DNA of 56,351 bases from a virus (taxonomy: Duplodnaviria > Caudoviricetes). The stretch covers positions 1-56,351 of the IMG/VR virus record IMGVR_UViG_3300012987_000010. One strand, written 5' to 3'. Position 1 is the first letter of the stretch, and every line of letters begins with the position of its first letter. The notes beneath the pieces were generated by a model. That model saw only the letters and a program-made list of their open reading frames with translations. It did no database searches and had not been told where the DNA came from. Of this stretch, positions 54,623-56,351 are shown piece after piece. A program made the position numbers and the translations under genes.

Positions 54623-55707
54623 AGGTGTCGGTGTACCCGGCCGACCGGTTCGGTTGCGGACACTTCCGCATGATCCACCCGGCTCGGGTCCTGATCGACC
54701 AGGGTCACGACGTGACCATCCACATGCCGGACCGACCGGGCATGAGCGGCAGGACGGACGGGAGCGGGAAGCTCTCCCGGGTGGACGGGATCCCTCCGGG
54801 GACGGACGTGATCGTCCTCCAGCGTGTCACCCACGGCAAGCTGGCGGAGTCGATCCCCCAGATCCGCCGCCAGGGCGTCGCCGTGGTCGTCGACATGGAC
54901 GACGACCTGGGTTCCATTCACCCGTCCAACCCGGCGCACCAGGGACTCCACCCGACCAGAGGTCGCGGGTGGTCCTGGCAATCGGCGGCGAACGCGTGCC
55001 GGGACGCGACCCTGGTCACCACGTCCACGGTGGCCCTGGCTTCTCGCTATCCGTCGCTCAGCGGGGGCGCGGTCGTCCTGGACAACTACGTGCCGGCGGG
55101 TTACCTGGCCGTCCCCCACATCGACACGCATCAAGAGATCGGCTACGCGGGGTCGTTGCACTCCCATCCGGACGACCTCCCCCAGGTGGGGTTCGCGATC
55201 GAGCGTCTGGTGTCCGACGATCGTGTGTCGTTCCGCGTGGTCGGTGGCGAGGCGGACGGGTTCCGCCGGGCACTGGGCCTGGACGTCGACCCGCCGACCA
55301 CCGGACCGCTCGACCTGGAGGACTGGCCCGTCGGCGTAGCCGGCCTGGGGGTGGGCATCGCGCCTCTGGCGGACACCCGGTTCAACGAGGCCAAGTCCCG
55401 ATTGAAGGTCCTGGAGATGTCGGCCCTCGGTGTCCCCTGGGTGGCGTCTCCGCGTGCCGAGTACGAACGCTTCCACCGGGAGACCGGAGTGGGCTGCCTG
55501 GCCCGGCGCCCCCGGGACTGGTATCGCCGTCTTCGTGACCTGGCCACCAACCCCGGCATGCGCGAGGACGAGAGCGCCGCAGGACGTGCCGCCTGTGGGG
55601 ATCTGACGTACGAGACGAACGCGTGGCGCTGGATGGAGGTGTGGGAACGGGCCGCCGGGATGCGGAACAAGGGTTCGAAACGAGCCACGTACCCGGGCGT
55701 ACGATGA
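54619..55707 (+). CDS. GT-B-fold glycosyltransferase
   Basis: GCGHFRM.HP, VVVDMDDDL, IGYAGS..H..DL, GIAPL...FNEAKSRLKVLE...GVP.VAS. Confidence 0.8.
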   Translation: MKVSVYPADRFGCGHFRMIHPARVLIDQGHDVTIHMPDRPGMSGRTDGSGKLSRVDGIPPGTDVIVLQRVTHGKLAESIPQIRRQGVAVVVDMDDDLGSIHPSNPAHQGLHPTRGRGWSWQSAANACRDATLVTTSTVALASRYPSLSGGAVVLDNYVPAGYLAVPHIDTHQEIGYAGSLHSHPDDLPQVGFAIERLVSDDRVSFRVVGGEADGFRRALGLDVDPPTTGPLDLEDWPVGVAGLGVGIAPLADTRFNEAKSRLKVLEMSALGVPWVASPRAEYERFHRETGVGCLARRPRDWYRRLRDLATNPGMREDESAAGRAACGDLTYETNAWRWMEVWERAAGMRNKGSKRATYPGVR

Positions 55708-55738
55708 TCGGGTTCGAACACTGAGGAGGAGAGACCTC

Positions 55739-56351
55739 ATGACCTGGTATTCCGGGGCCACGAAGCGTGAGCTTCAGCCCGAGTCGGACGACCAACCGGC
55801 CATAGATCCGACCCAACTGATCCTCCACTCGATCGCCGCGCCGTGGTCGGGTGAGCGGATGTACGAGTACTGGCGGGACTCGACCAACCTGGAGTCCCAC
55901 TTCGGGTGCGCCTACGACGGTGGCCTGTTCCAGTTCATCGGTACCGAGACCCGGGCGGACGCCAACGCCAAGGCCAACCGCCGGAGCGACGGCACCGGGG
56001 CGATCAGCTGCGAGACGGCCAGCAACCTCCAGCACACCGACCCCTGGACCAACGAACAGGTGGCGAGCCTGATCCGCCTGGGCGCGTGGCTGCATCAGCG
56101 CCACGGCCTCCCGCTCCGGATCTGCCGGACCTGGGACGACCCGGGGTACGGCTACCACCGGATGTTTCCCGAATGGTCCCTGGGCGGGACGGCGTGTCCG
56201 GGTGACGCCCGGGTGGACCAGTTCAACGACCTGATCTTCCCCGGTATCGTGCGCGCCGCCGGCGGCGAGGGGCCGACGCCTCCGCAGCAGCCGGTGGTCT
56301 CCCTCGCCCAGGTGGTCGCCGCCGCGCAATCGAACCCGCAGGCGGCCGGTA
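55739..56351 (+). CDS. Endolysin, N-terminal N-acetylmuramoyl-L-alanine amidase domain (continues across the origin to 347; about 278 aa in total)
   Basis: RBS gaggaggag then ATG at 55739; reads MTWYSGATKRELQPE...LILHSIA...ESHFG...ISCETAS...GYHR...TACPG, an Amidase_2-type His/His/Cys pattern; in frame with ORF 21..347. Confidence 0.85.
   Translation, partial: MTWYSGATKRELQPESDDQPAIDPTQLILHSIAAPWSGERMYEYWRDSTNLESHFGCAYDGGLFQFIGTETRADANAKANRRSDGTGAISCETASNLQHTDPWTNEQVASLIRLGAWLHQRHGLPLRICRTWDDPGYGYHRMFPEWSLGGTACPGDARVDQFNDLIFPGIVRAAGGEGPTPPQQPVVSLAQVVAAAQSNPQAAG

Noticed and set aside
56229-56351. Terminal repeat as a biological direct terminal repeat
   Set aside because: It falls mid-endolysin and restores the frame when collapsed, so an assembler overlap is the simpler explanation

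Overview
A complete, circularly assembled tailed actinobacteriophage genome of about 56,228 bp. Bases 56229-56351 repeat bases 1-123, and the join falls inside the endolysin. The DNA is GC-rich and the host is probably Streptomyces or a related filamentous actinomycete (inference). Modules in order: lysis (amidase endolysin, holin); replication and recombination (one 1409-aa Toprim primase / SF3 helicase / family-A polymerase fusion, SF2 helicase, PD-(D/E)xK exonuclease, SSB, RusA); a structured-RNA island (tRNA-Tyr plus several rebuilt tRNA-like folds); a Streptomyces-plasmid-type transfer cassette (Spd-like membrane/HTH protein, TraB-like FtsK translocase, clt-like heptamer arrays); many small early genes; terminase; a promoter-repeat accessory island; and a siphovirus structural operon (portal, MuF/2H-phosphoesterase/protease polyprotein, two capsid proteins, tail genes, 1164-aa tape measure) bracketed by three glycosyltransferases and a methyltransferase. 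I recognised no integrase, ParA or CRISPR array. The best candidate for a novel system is a virion-forming phage that also carries a TraB/Spd/clt conjugation module and a one-polypeptide replisome, i.e. a possible conjugative phage-plasmid. All assignments come from motifs read by eye; no database searches were run.
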